A stretch of 64,000 nt of DNA from Eledone cirrhosa (Eukaryota). The position numbers and the translations under genes were made by a program. Under the pieces are notes generated by a model. It searched no databases. It had not been told where the DNA came from and was given only the letters and a program-made list of their open reading frames with translations. Location of the stretch: positions 18,476,001-18,540,000 of the forward strand of contig OZ024741.1 in assembly GCA_964016885.1 (NCBI GenBank), in the 5' to 3' direction. Of the stretch, positions 11,530 to 23,421 are shown piece by piece; the stretch's first letter is position 1, and each line of letters starts with the position of its first letter.

Positions 11530-12139
11530 ATGGTGGCTGCCAACTCGTTTTCGAGTACGGCCACTACTTTATATCCATGTAGGAGAACCCCTACCGATGC
11601 GCTGAACGAGTGTGACTTTTTAGTCCAGCCAGCGACTTGAAAACTCTGGTACAAACACTACACTTGTGACAATTATTGACACATAATGCTGGGCCCATGG
11701 TATCATGTGACGACAAGTTCAGAGAGATCTCCAGATATAAAGCAATGCCTGTGCCGTGAAGCTTTTATAGTGAGCAAAGGCACCGCACAAAGCCAGTCCC
11801 ACTCTCTTAACCAAGATGATAATTACCAAAACGAAGAAAAAATCAACATCATTGGATACCATCAGGGTTGCAGGTGTTATATCAGAGTTTTCCTTCTCTT
11901 AGAATTCTGCCTTAACAAAGGCTAAGGGGTCATCTCTCCCGGTGATTTTGGATGCCCATCGACTCTTAAGAGCTCCTTTGCCCTTTGACAGGTTTTGTTT
12001 TTAGTCCTGCAGGATGTCCAAAGTCACCCTCCTCACCAAGAAACCTTGGTGGGGTTGCCAGTTTAGTCGCCAACGACCCGACCATGAGGCAGGTTGTACT
12101 GGGATACATGTTACCAGTAGCACCAACTGGTGACCTGAC
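11530..12139 (-). mobile_element. ~610-bp element, copy 3
   Basis: Full-length match to copy 1. Confidence 0.75.
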
Positions 12140-12365
12140 ATACACACATACACACATACATACATACATACATATATATTTGTAAGTTTAAACAATGAAA
12201 TAAAAAATCAAGTCATTAGAGATATACTTCACTGCTTTACGATCGTTTCTAGGTGATGATAATACATTGTAGCTATACTCCGTTATTGATCTATGTAAGG
12301 TTAGTTACAAAATATCAGATAAAGAGAATATTTACTTACATGCATATCACCAGCTGTTTTCAAAA

Positions 12366-12607
12366 CCAATCTCAACTTAAATATAAATATAAGGTGATAA
12401 AGTGAAGAAAACAGAAAACAAATAACAAATAAGCCTTTAAAGGCTGTGTCACAGCCTTTATAATTTGGCCAACATCTTTATAACACACACACATTTTAAT
12501 TTACTTGATTTTTGATTTTTCAATTTTGATTTCTCATTATTCATTTGTTATTTGTTTTCTGTTTTCTTCATTTTATCACCTTATATTTATATTTAAGTTG
12601 AGATTGG
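12366..12607. repeat. 65-bp inverted repeat with an internal hairpin
   Basis: 12366-12430 is the reverse complement of 12543-12607 (1 mismatch); spacer contains AAAGGCTGTG-T-CACAGCCTTT at ~12439-12459. Confidence 0.88.
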
Positions 12608-13341
12608 TCATAACACACACATTTTATTTTATTATCCTATTTCGTTTTATTCTTTTACCATCTTGTTCCTCCTACCAATCTATCCAACATATTTCTGACC
12701 TTGAGATTGGTTATAGCACACACACATTTTATCTTATTTTATTTGAATCTTCATTACATTTTTCACTTTTCATTTTCATTTTTCATTTCATTTTTCATTA
12801 CTTTTTCATTACCTTTTCATTAATTTTTCATTTATTCTCTATTTATTATTTATTTTCTGTTTACTTCATTTTATTGCCTTCTATTTCTTCATATATATGG
12901 CAGAACCCCCCCCCCCATATATATATATACTTATATATATACATATATATACATATATAAACACACATACATACAATACATACATACACACACATATACA
13001 CACGTACACATATATACTCATATATATATATACATATACACACATACATATACATACATATACACACACACATACACATATATATACACATATACACATA
13101 TGCACACAAACACATATATACATATATATACATATATGCACATATAAACACATAAAAATACAGAAAGGGGAAAATTTAAGGAAACAATCAAGATATGAAA
13201 AACCATCAAATAACATAAATTAAAATTAAGTAACATAAAATACAAGTAGAGAAAAGTAAAGTATAAGTTATAAGTGTGAAAGGTAACAAAACGAAGGCAG
13301 GGTTGAGATGGGAGGGGAGCGCGGGGGAGTCTGTTTAATGT

Positions 13342-15484
13342 TTAATGTCGATTCCGTTGTCTTATGGGATCATCCTTCCGGGGAGGAACTGGTCTATATG
13401 ACTTGTAAGTTGCATAGTTTTTGTGCATGCAATTCGGGCAGTGTTCTGAGAGTCTATTGAGTAAGGGTCCTTTGGCGTATAGTATTTCATAACTCTCGGA
13501 AATACAAAGGTCACAACAATTATGGCCTCCTGTGTAAGACCGCGCTCTCTGGAGTAGTTTCCATTTGACCGTAAAGGGGATGGAGTGCCTTTTAAGGTCC
13601 CACACATGGGCGGCGAGTGTTGTTTGGTTGGACTTGTCCGGGCGTCGAAAAGAATGGGTGTGTGCGTACCAACGGTTGTTAAAGTTGTTGGAGCTCATCC
13701 CGATATACGTCTTTCTCTCTTCATCAGAGCCTGAGATGACATCATATTTGTATACAATATCCTTTGTAAGGCATTTATTGCTGAAGAGGCATGCAGCCTT
13801 ATCATGACAGTTGCACAGGATCTCAGTACCGGGATGGGTTTCGGAGGTAGTAGACTTATTTAACTTAGTAATATTAATATTGGCTAAGTTCCTAGCTAGA
13901 TTTGGTGTAGTGGAGTAAGAGAGTCTGATTGTATTCTTATTCAAGATGGTGTGGGGAAGTGTTTGTGCAATAGAGGAAAGAAATTTGTTGCTATAGGTGT
14001 AGATACCTCGCGGTTGAAAGGGGGTTGTACCAGCTAATTTGCCTCTTCCTATTCCTCCTGGGTGGGCGTGGGGCTATTCTGAGATAAGAGATCTTATCTT
14101 TAAAACCGCTACGGGCTAGGGCTTCGTTGTAATAGGGGGCCGCGGCCCTAAAGATATCATCATTGGCGGAGAGGCCAGAGATCCTAAGGGAGACACTTTT
14201 AACTAAATTATCTGTGATATTCTTGGGGTGATTCGAGTTAACGTCTATATATCTAAGAGATTCGTTAGGTTTGAGGTACGGATAATAAAGGGTGGTTTCT
14301 AAATCGAGAGTTACATCTAAGAAGTTGACTTTAGTTAAACTCGAATCTATAGTTATTCTGAGGCCTAGGTTATTGAAGAAAGCGTTAAGGTTTTTCCGAA
14401 ACCCATCGATAGTCCTGGGGTTAATTTTATGCAGGGCAAAGAGGACGTTATCTCGGTATAATCCGCCTGTAAGGCCTGTGAAGAGGGTTTTCATCCGGTT
14501 AAGGATAAACAGGCCCACCAGATCACTAATTTCAGCCGAGTCACTAGCACCCATGCTGACATCGAAGGGAGTCTCCGATTTTTTTTTATCCAGTAGGACC
14601 CGTATGGTACAAAAAGGTCTTACGTGCATGGAGGATCACATCCTGCTCGGCATCGGTTATGGTGGTTAGATTTCTTGCGAAAGCAATTGCATCCTTCAGC
14701 AGGGACTCAGAAATGGAGGCGTAGTAATCTTCAATGTCAAGTTGCAGGAAACGGGTGTTGTGTTTGTCAGGCAGTTCTTGGAACCATGAGATTGCTTCGG
14801 ATGTTCTGTTCCAGAGTGGGAGAGGTGAGGCTGCACGCAGTGTCGGTAGTATCCTGTCCAGGATCTTCTTGCTGACAGATCCTATGTCGGATTTTGTGGA
14901 GTTTATTAGCCGAACCGATGGTTTATTGGTGAAGTTTCCCTTGTGGCTCTTAAGGGTAAAATGCGGGGCCTTTACCCTCAAAGGTTCAGTCCTATCTTCC
15001 AGTTTAAGGGAAATGGCGATGTTTTTTCCGGCTAAGTTGATGTCAGTCAGTACTGTTTCATTCACTTTTTTGTAATTTGCTGTAATCGCATTATTAGCCA
15101 GCTTCCTATAGGCATCCTGGTTAATCTCATAGACGTTTTTTGTTTTGTCGGAAGGGACGTGGAGATTCGGGGAACTCTTCATTTTCTGTACTTTGTCCCT
15201 TAAGTCAGTCTGGAATGTAATGTTGACTCTGCGGAATTTAATATTTTTGATAATTTTGAAGAGATCTTCCTCAAAAGGTTCAAGTAAACTATTGGTGGGT
15301 GGAGCCTTATTTGATTTAAAGCCGAACTTCTCATTATTGGTCGATGCTACATCAGGGTGGTCGAAGAAAAAGGATCTCCATCTAATGCGTTTGATGAACT
15401 CATAATAAGAGTTTTTAAGTACAATTTCCTTGGTGGGATCGGTATGTTTTTCATGGAGGTATCGAGGTCAAGTTTGATCAGCAT
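13342..15484 (-). pseudogene. Penelope-like element 3: near full-length disrupted RT + GIY-YIG ORF
   Basis: ATG at 15484 (MLIKLDLDTSMKNIPIP), then IRWRSFFF, FGFKS, SDKTKNVY, LDIEDYY, MGASDSAEISDLVG, GLYRDN (catalytic D>N), SNHP, WYNP, CNC..C..C, IVY..YIG..RWYAH, CDLC..CMH, split by several frameshifts; colinear with PLE 1. Confidence 0.94.
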
Positions 15485-15609
15485 CGTTTCTTGGTGATGG
15501 TTATTAGGGGCACGTTGGCGTGCTAGATATATGTAAGTCCCGGGTTAAATCGGTATATATATATATGTGTATATGTGTATATATATATAAATGTATATAT
15601 AGATATATA

Positions 15610-15645
<36 letters not shown>

Positions 15646-15679
15646 CGTGTGCGTGGGCGCGTGTGTGTTGGCGTGTGTG

Positions 15680-16020
15680 CTTGTCACCTGGTCCTAACCT
15701 ACCATTTCCACAGATGTTCGATCAACTACTTGATATACCTTTTGTTCAAAATTCTACTATAGAATAAGGAAGTGTTTATTTCAATTGCAACTTGCCACTA
15801 AACTTCTTTCTCTAAATAAATTTTGTTTTTTCTAAGAATCCCCATCCTTTAATCCCACCATGACCTCTATCCCCCCCACCACCACCACCACCAACCACTA
15901 CCCTTCCCTTACCATGACAAAATGTATAAATACCAGAAATTTACATTGACAGTCGGCTTTCTCATGATTTCCTCCGAATGAAACAGTTCTAGTCCTGTAG
16001 AAGCCATTTCTATATTAAAT
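15680..16020 (+). mobile_element. PLE-type 3' terminal fragment, copy B
   Basis: Reverse complement of 7248-7580; TATAAA 15925-15930; hammerhead 15955-16005. Confidence 0.8.
15955..16005 (+). ncRNA. Type I hammerhead ribozyme motif, G5C core variant (identical to 7263-7313)
   Basis: GGCTTT-CTCATGA-TTTCCTCCGAAT-GAAA-CAGTTCTAGTCCTG-TA-GAAGCC. Confidence 0.65.
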
Positions 16021-16170
16021 ATATATATACATGTATTAGAAAGTGAGGTTTTTTTTACAAAATGAAAAATAACTGAGGTGTCCTACACGATTGAAAGTAT
16101 AAGGAAAAAAGATGAAATCGAAAATGCAACTGGAGTCTTATTTTTTTAAATATATATATTTATTTGGTTC

Positions 16171-16206
16171 CTTTACCGGTTTCGCAGTTCTTGTGCTTTT
16201 CAAAAG
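16171..16206 (-). ncRNA. Minimal type I hammerhead motif with U3-A8 compensatory core
   Basis: CUU-UUGAAAA-GCA-caagaac-UGC-GAAA-CCGG-UA-AAG: palindromic ACCGGU helix III; C3U and G8A changed together. Confidence 0.6.
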
Positions 16207-16264
16207 TAGAGTTGAGATGGAGGGTCTGTGGTTTTTCTCACATCTGGTTGGTCTCTGAATGTTA

Positions 16265-16735
16265 CTTGTTTTATATGGAAAAAGTGGCTCGAAATGCCAG
16301 GTTTTTCGAGAAGTAATTTGATTGGTTTGTCAATAAGTATAATAAATTTCGCGCCAGTTCGCGTTACAAAGTTCTTCAAACAAGGGGGGGGGGGGCTCAG
16401 GTTGTTTTTTCATAAATGAGTGAAGTTTGGTTGGTTGATGCAGTCACGTGAATAAGAACATCAGCTTTCACGCCAGTTTGTGTTTGAATTTCTTTTTATT
16501 TAAAAAAAGTTGGCTCACGAAGGCTTTTTTTTATAAATGTAATTTGATTGGTTATAAATGAAATTATGGCTGTCACGTGAACAAGTAAATTAAATTTCGC
16601 GCCCATATTTTGGAATTTTTTTATAGCCATTTAGAGAATTTTGTGCCAAACAAAAGATAATGGTCAAGAAAAGGGGATGGAGAGAGTTGTTCTGAGTATG
16701 ACTGATGTGCTGAAATGTAATTTGATTGGTTATAA
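16265..16735 (-). promoter_or_regulatory. Putative pLTR promoter module: TATA, repeated CCAAT, E-box and E2F-like sites
   Basis: TTTATA 16270-16275; TTTGATTGGTT at ~16317, 16543, 16721; GTCACGTGA at 16443, 16572; TTTCGCGC at 16347, 16595. Confidence 0.45.
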
Positions 16736-16892
16736 ATGAGAATTTTGTGTCAAACAAAAGATAATGGTCAAGAAAAACGGGATGGGAAGAATTGTGTCTG
16801 GTTCAGTGAATATGGCTGGTGCGCTGGGGTGTCAGAATTCAGACTTTCTATTGAAATAAAGAAAGTAGAGATATGTATGTTTATTTGTGTAC

Positions 16893-16954
<62 letters not shown>

Positions 16955-17605
16955 GAAGATGATTCTATTAGTAGAAATGGGGGAGGGAGTTGTGTGTGTG
17001 TAGGAAGATGATTCTATTAGTAGAAATGGGGGAGGGAGTTGTGTGTATGTGTGTGTGTGGGGGGGGAGTATGGTTAGCATGTTAAGATGGAGAGAATATA
17101 TATTTTGTGTGTGCGTGTGTGTGTGTAGGAAAATGATTCCGTTAGTAGAAATGGCGGAGGGAGTTATGTGTGTGGGGGTATGTGGTTAGCATCTTAATGT
17201 GTTAGAGTATTAACGTATGTTAAGGTTTATTTAGCGCTCAGGTTTTTATTTTCGAATATAGGTGTTATGTGTGTGTGTATGTATGTGTCTGTTTGGATGG
17301 TTAGCATGTTATGGTGTTAACATAATGTATATTGAACTATATTTAATGCTGGTCTATATTTTTGAATAAACATATTTTCCTTATTTATTCGTATTTGTTC
17401 TGTTGTATTGTCAGCGCAAAGAAAAAATGGCGAAAAATAGGAATTTGGGTGTCTTATTACTCGCGCATATGTCTAGATGTGCACTGAGTAGTATCTGTCT
17501 CGTGGTTGGATCTCGTAATTGTTGGCGATGAACTGTCATTCTGTTTCTGAGTGTGAGTTTAGTTTGTCCTATATAATCTTCATTGCATCCTTTACATTTA
17601 ATGGC

Positions 17606-18154
<549 letters not shown>

Positions 18155-18279
18155 TATGTATACGTACATACATATATGAATACAGACGTACAGTAGTATG
18201 TATATATATACATACATGCACACATATATATATATATGCACGTATCGGTTTACCGAACATTTATTATAATGCCCGGTTT

Positions 18280-18650
18280 GTTTGTTTGTAAACAAACAGC
18301 CCGAATTACGCCGTACAGTGTTCAGGCAACCACGTCACCTTTTTGTTCAACACTGACACAGGAACGATGTACTAGTTTCAAGCTTATTAGCTATCGTCAG
18401 CATCGTATACCTTCCTGCCAAATGGTTGAACGTCTGAAAGTATATATTTTCCTTATGCATATTAACGGTTGAGCAGCCTAATTTGCATATCGAGTGAGTT
18501 CAGTTGGCCAAGCACACCGAAAACGATAAATGGAATAGAATGAAACGAAATTTCATTTCTCACTCTTAGTACGGCACTTACTTAAATGTAAGTATGTATG
18601 TACACGTACATACATATATGTATACAGACGTACAGTAGTATGTATATATA
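18280..18650 (+). repeat. Unclassified ~370-bp repeat, left arm of an inverted pair
   Basis: Diverged reverse complement of 20095-20458; ORFs 18236+ and 20266- share [19 protein letters not shown]. Confidence 0.85.
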
Positions 18651-18951
18651 TACATACATGCACACATATATATATGCACGTATATATATATATATGTTAT
18701 TTCTTGTAAACAAACATTCATTTCATCCTGACGTCACTAGCTTTATTTTATCATGAGTTAAGGCTCTATTGATTTTTCCCTGGATTTCACTAAATTCTGT
18801 GGATGAATTTATATCCTGATTCTCTTTTGAGATGAGTTTGAATTATTTTTCCTACATCTTACGTTAACTATTTTTCCCATCTTGACGACATAGTCGCATA
18901 TATGTTATGGAATACTGTTAGCTTATCGCTAAAACAATTTCTATACCTTTC

Positions 18952-19026
<75 letters not shown>

Positions 19027-19981
19027 CATGCACACATATATATGCGCGTAATATATATATATATATTAAAATAACAGATTAAAGTTTAAGCAAAGAATCG
19101 CTGCTTTCACCCTTAAATTTGGATTTCAGTCTTCACATTTATTTTTATTACTATATATATATATATATATATACAATACATTAACAGAGAAAGCCTTAAG
19201 CTATACTCTGACTGGCTTCCATCTCACTCAACAAACATTAGGATATACCTTAGTATAATCCCAATTTTATGTTTGGGGTGCTAACTATATGTATTTTGCG
19301 GAAAGCCAGTTTTATTATTTTATATGAGATATAATTAAAATTAAAATATATCTCCCTTTTCAAACAATTGTTTCATTATAAGTTTTCTACAAGTTAGGAG
19401 AATGTGTCCGGGTTATGTAGAAGCCTGCACATCTTTCTGTAAGAACATATGCAGGTGGGCACTTATAAATCATCAGTGGATGCCCGTCAAACATTGATAT
19501 AAGAAAAATTCTCTTACCGATGCTTATTTTCATGTCAGCAAATTGTCCCTCTCCGCATCATAATGACCGCCAAATTTGAAATTCCAGCAGTCTCAGAATG
19601 AGGAATCTCGCAGCGTCATGAAGCGAAAAAGGGAAGCAATCGCGAAACACAAGAAAGTAAAATAATTTACACGTGGGTCAATTAATTTTTTCAACAATTT
19701 TAACCCTGCGTGTGAAGAACTCAATATATATATATACACATGCACACACATATACATACTCACACACACATATCAGGTGAAATAAGGGAGTGACTGATGT
19801 GTGAACATATTTACTGACGTGCATGTCTTTCCCTGGCTATAAGTGTGTATATGTGAATATTTTACCCTTTCTTTACTCCACTTATTTTTCTGAATAGGTA
19901 CAAACTCTCACATTTGTTCTCTTCCTCCTTAGAATCGCTCAACCCTATCTATCCTGTCTTTCAATTCACTTACACACGTGG

Positions 19982-20012
<31 letters not shown>

Positions 20013-20013
<1 letters not shown>

Positions 20014-20092
20014 AATAATTGTTTCTACTTTTGGCACAAGGCCAGCAAATTAATCAGTGCATTACTGGTACTTCATTTTAACGACCCCGAAA
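20013..20092 (-). mobile_element. SINE 3' fragment
   Basis: AATAATTGTTTCTACTTTTGGCACAAGGCCAGCAA..CATTACTGGTAC matches the tails of the 23.4-23.9 kb SINEs. Confidence 0.75.
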
Positions 20093-20094
20093 AC

Positions 20095-20458
20095 ATGTAT
20101 ATATATACATACTACTGTACACATATATGTATGTACGTGTACATACTTATATTTAGGTATCAGCCCTACTAAGAGTGAGAAATGAAATTTCGTTTCATTC
20201 TTTTCCATTTATCGTTTTCGGTGCGCCCGGCCGACTGAACTCACTCGATATACAAATTAGGCTACTCAGCCGTTAATATGCATAAGGAAAGTATATACTT
20301 TCAGGCGTTCAATCATCTGACAGAAAGGTATACGATGCAGACGATAGCTAATAAGCTTGAAACTAGTACATCGTTCCTGTGTCAGTGTTGAACAAAAGGG
20401 CAACGATGGTTGCCGAGCTCTGAACGACGTAATTCGGCCTGTTTGTTTACAATCAAAC
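20095..20458 (-). repeat. Unclassified ~370-bp repeat, right arm of an inverted pair
   Basis: Diverged reverse complement of 18280-18650. Confidence 0.85.
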
Positions 20459-20557
20459 CCATACGTACATATATATGTGTGCATGTATGTATATATATAT
20501 ACATACTACTGTGCGTCTGTACACATATATGTATGTACGTATACATACTTATATATA

Positions 20558-20647
<90 letters not shown>

Positions 20648-20650
<3 letters not shown>

Positions 20651-21243
20651 TGCTACTGGTAACATGTATCCCAGTACAACCTGTCTCATGGTCGGGTCGT
20701 TGGCGACTAAACTGGCAACCCCACCAAGGTTTCTTGGTGAGGAGGGTGACTTTGGACATCCTGCAGGACTAAAAACAAAACCTGTCAAAGGTCAAAGGAG
20801 CTCTTAAGAGTCAATGGCCATCCAAAATCACCGGGAGAGATGACCCCTTAGCCTTAGTCAAGGTAGAATTCTAGGAGAAGGAAAACTCTGATATAACACC
20901 TGCAACCCTGATGATATCCAATGATGTTGACTTGTTCTTCTTTTTGGTAAATATCATCTTGGTTAAGAGAGTGGGACTGGCTTTGTGCAGTGCCTTTGCT
21001 CACTATAAAAGCTTCACGGCACAGGCATTGCTTTATATCTGGAGATCTCTCTGCATTTGTCGTCACATGGTACCATGGGCCCAGCACTATGTGTCAATAA
21101 TTGTCACAAGTGTAGTGTTTGTACCAGAGTTTTGAAGTCGCTGGTTAGACTAAAAAGTCACACTCGTTCAGCGTATCGGTAGGGGTTCTCCTACATGGAT
21201 ATAAAGTAGTGGCCGTACTCGAAAACGAGTTGGCAGCCACCAT
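20648..21243 (+). mobile_element. ~610-bp element, copy 4 (opposite orientation, lacks ~14 terminal nt)
   Basis: Reverse complement of copies 1 and 3; flanked by (TA)n. Confidence 0.75.
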
Positions 21244-21583
21244 ATATATATATATATAACACTACTCATATTCTATTGTGGTTACTTCAACGTTTGTTTT
21301 GGGGGGAAACCATCTCCCCTTTTATTAACGTGTTGGTAAATTTACTATTGCCGTTGAACACATATCTACATCTATGGTTAGTTTTGAAGTGCTTTAATAT
21401 TAAAGTTAAAAATAGACACATTTCAAATGCCGTGTTATAATTGTACCGTCTAAAAACAGGAGTTGCTGCTCATGGTGTGACTCTTTAAATCCTGTGACTT
21501 AGCTCTTTGACAGACATAGATTGATAAAATAACTACTGTGATTGATATGATCGAATGAAATATCAGGCAATACCTGTGTTTAA

Positions 21584-23027
21584 CCCTTTAGCATTCAAAC
21601 CGGCCATATCCGGCCAGAATTCTCTCACCTCTTTCTGTTCAAACCGGTCGAAACTGGCCACTCATACTTATGTTAAGGTATTGTTCTCGAAATAAATAAT
21701 ATCAAAATCTCATAGATTCGATATTATATGAGATATTATGTGAGGTGAAGACTTTACCCTGAAAATACAATAGTATATATAGAGTAACGTAAATGTTATG
21801 TGAGATATTATGTGAGGAAAAACCTTTATTGTGACAATACAATAGTATATATAGAGTAATGTAAATGTTATGTGAGATATTATGTGAGGTAAAACCTTTA
21901 CTGTGAAAATACAATAGTATATATAGAGTAATGTAAATGTTATGTGAGATATTATGTGAGGTAAAACCTTTACTGTGAAAATACAATAGTATATATAGAG
22001 TAATGTAAATATTATGTGAGATATTATGTGAGGTAAAACCTTTACTGTGAAAATACAATAGTATATATAGAGTAATGTAAATGTTATGTAAGATATTATG
22101 TGAGGTAAAGCCTTTACTGTGAAAATACAATAGTATATATAGAGTAATGTAAATGTTATGCGAGATATTATGTGAGGTAAAACCTTTACTGTGAAAATAC
22201 AATAGTATATATAGAGTAATGTAAATGTTATGTGAGATATTATGTGAGGTAAAACCTTTACTGTGAAAATACAATAGTATATATAGAGTAATGTAAATGT
22301 TATGTAAGATATTATGTGAGGTAAAGCCTTTACTGTGAAAATACAATAGTATATATAGAGTAATGTAAATGTTATGTGAGATATTATGTGAGGTAAAACC
22401 TTTACTGTGAAAATACAATAGTATATATAGAGTAATGTAAATGTTATGTAAGATATTATGTGAGGTAAAACCTTTACTGTGAAAATACAATAGTATATAT
22501 AGAGTAATGTAAATGTTATGTAAGATATTATGTGAGGTAAAGCCTTTACTGTGAAAATACAATAGTATATATAGAGTAATGTAAATGTTATGTGAGATAT
22601 TATGTGAGGTAAAACCTTTACTGTGAAAATACAATAGTATATATAGAGTAATGTAAATGTTATGTAAGATATTATGTGAGGTAAAGCCTTTACTGTGAAA
22701 ATACAATAGTATATATAGAGTAATGTAAATGTTATGTAAGATATTATGTGAGGTAAAGCCTTTACTGTGAAAATACAATAGTATATATAGAGTAATGTAA
22801 ATGTTATGTAAGATATTATGTGAGGTAAAACCTTTACTGTGAAAATACAATAGTATATATAGAGTAATGTAAATGTTATGTAAGATATTATGTGAGGTAA
22901 AGCCTTTACTGTGAAAATACAATAGTATATATAGAGTAATGTAAATGTTATGTGAGATATTATGTGAGGTAAATCCTTTACTGTGAAAATACAATAGTAT
23001 ATATAGAGTAATGTAAATGCTAAAAGG
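21584..23027. mobile_element. piggyBac-like non-autonomous element (MITE)
   Basis: TTAA (21580-21583)-CCCTTTAGCATT ... AATGCTAAAAGG-TTAA (23028-23031): 12-bp TIRs with 1 mismatch and TTAA target duplication. Confidence 0.82.
21720..23018. repeat. 72-bp minisatellite, ~18 copies, inside the MITE
   Basis: GAGATATTATGTGAGG recurs at 21874, 21946 and onward; 24-aa period in ORF 21702-22994. Confidence 0.97.
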
Positions 23028-23421
23028 TTAAAGTTTAAAATCCGGTGTTGTTTCTCATATTGTGTCCCTTTTGTATCCTGTCAATTAGAGATAAACAAAT
23101 TGACAAAATCAGCACCGTTGTTGATATGACCGACTAAACTACCAGGCGGTCCCGGTGTTTACGGTGTCGTTGCTCATATTGTGTCCTTTTATATCCCGTA
23201 ACTTAGCGCTTTGACAAACAACCCTATAAACTAAGCACCGACGAAAGTAATCAGGCTGTGTCTATTTTTACAGTTAAAAACCGGTGTTGTAAGTATGTTG
23301 TGCCTCTTTATATCCTGTGACCTAGCACTTCAACAAAGAGAGATTGATAAAATAAAGTACTGTGGTTGATAGAATCTACCTGAAAAACTTGGAAAGTTGT
23401 GTTGACGCAGTTATATTATAT

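Noticed and set aside
10526-11925. Recurrent 79-80 aa ORFs in the 610-bp element
   Set aside because: Conserved only because copies are near-identical; no recognisable domain and no ATG start for the plus-strand ones
19085-19140. TGAAGA..GAAA on the minus strand
   Set aside because: Core and helices too degenerate to call a hammerhead
19410-19485. CTGATGA..GAAA on the minus strand
   Set aside because: Weak helix II and no valid UH cleavage site or helix I partner
21702-22994. 430-aa ORF with 24-aa repeats
   Set aside because: By-product of a 72-bp unit divisible by 3 inside a MITE; no unique domain
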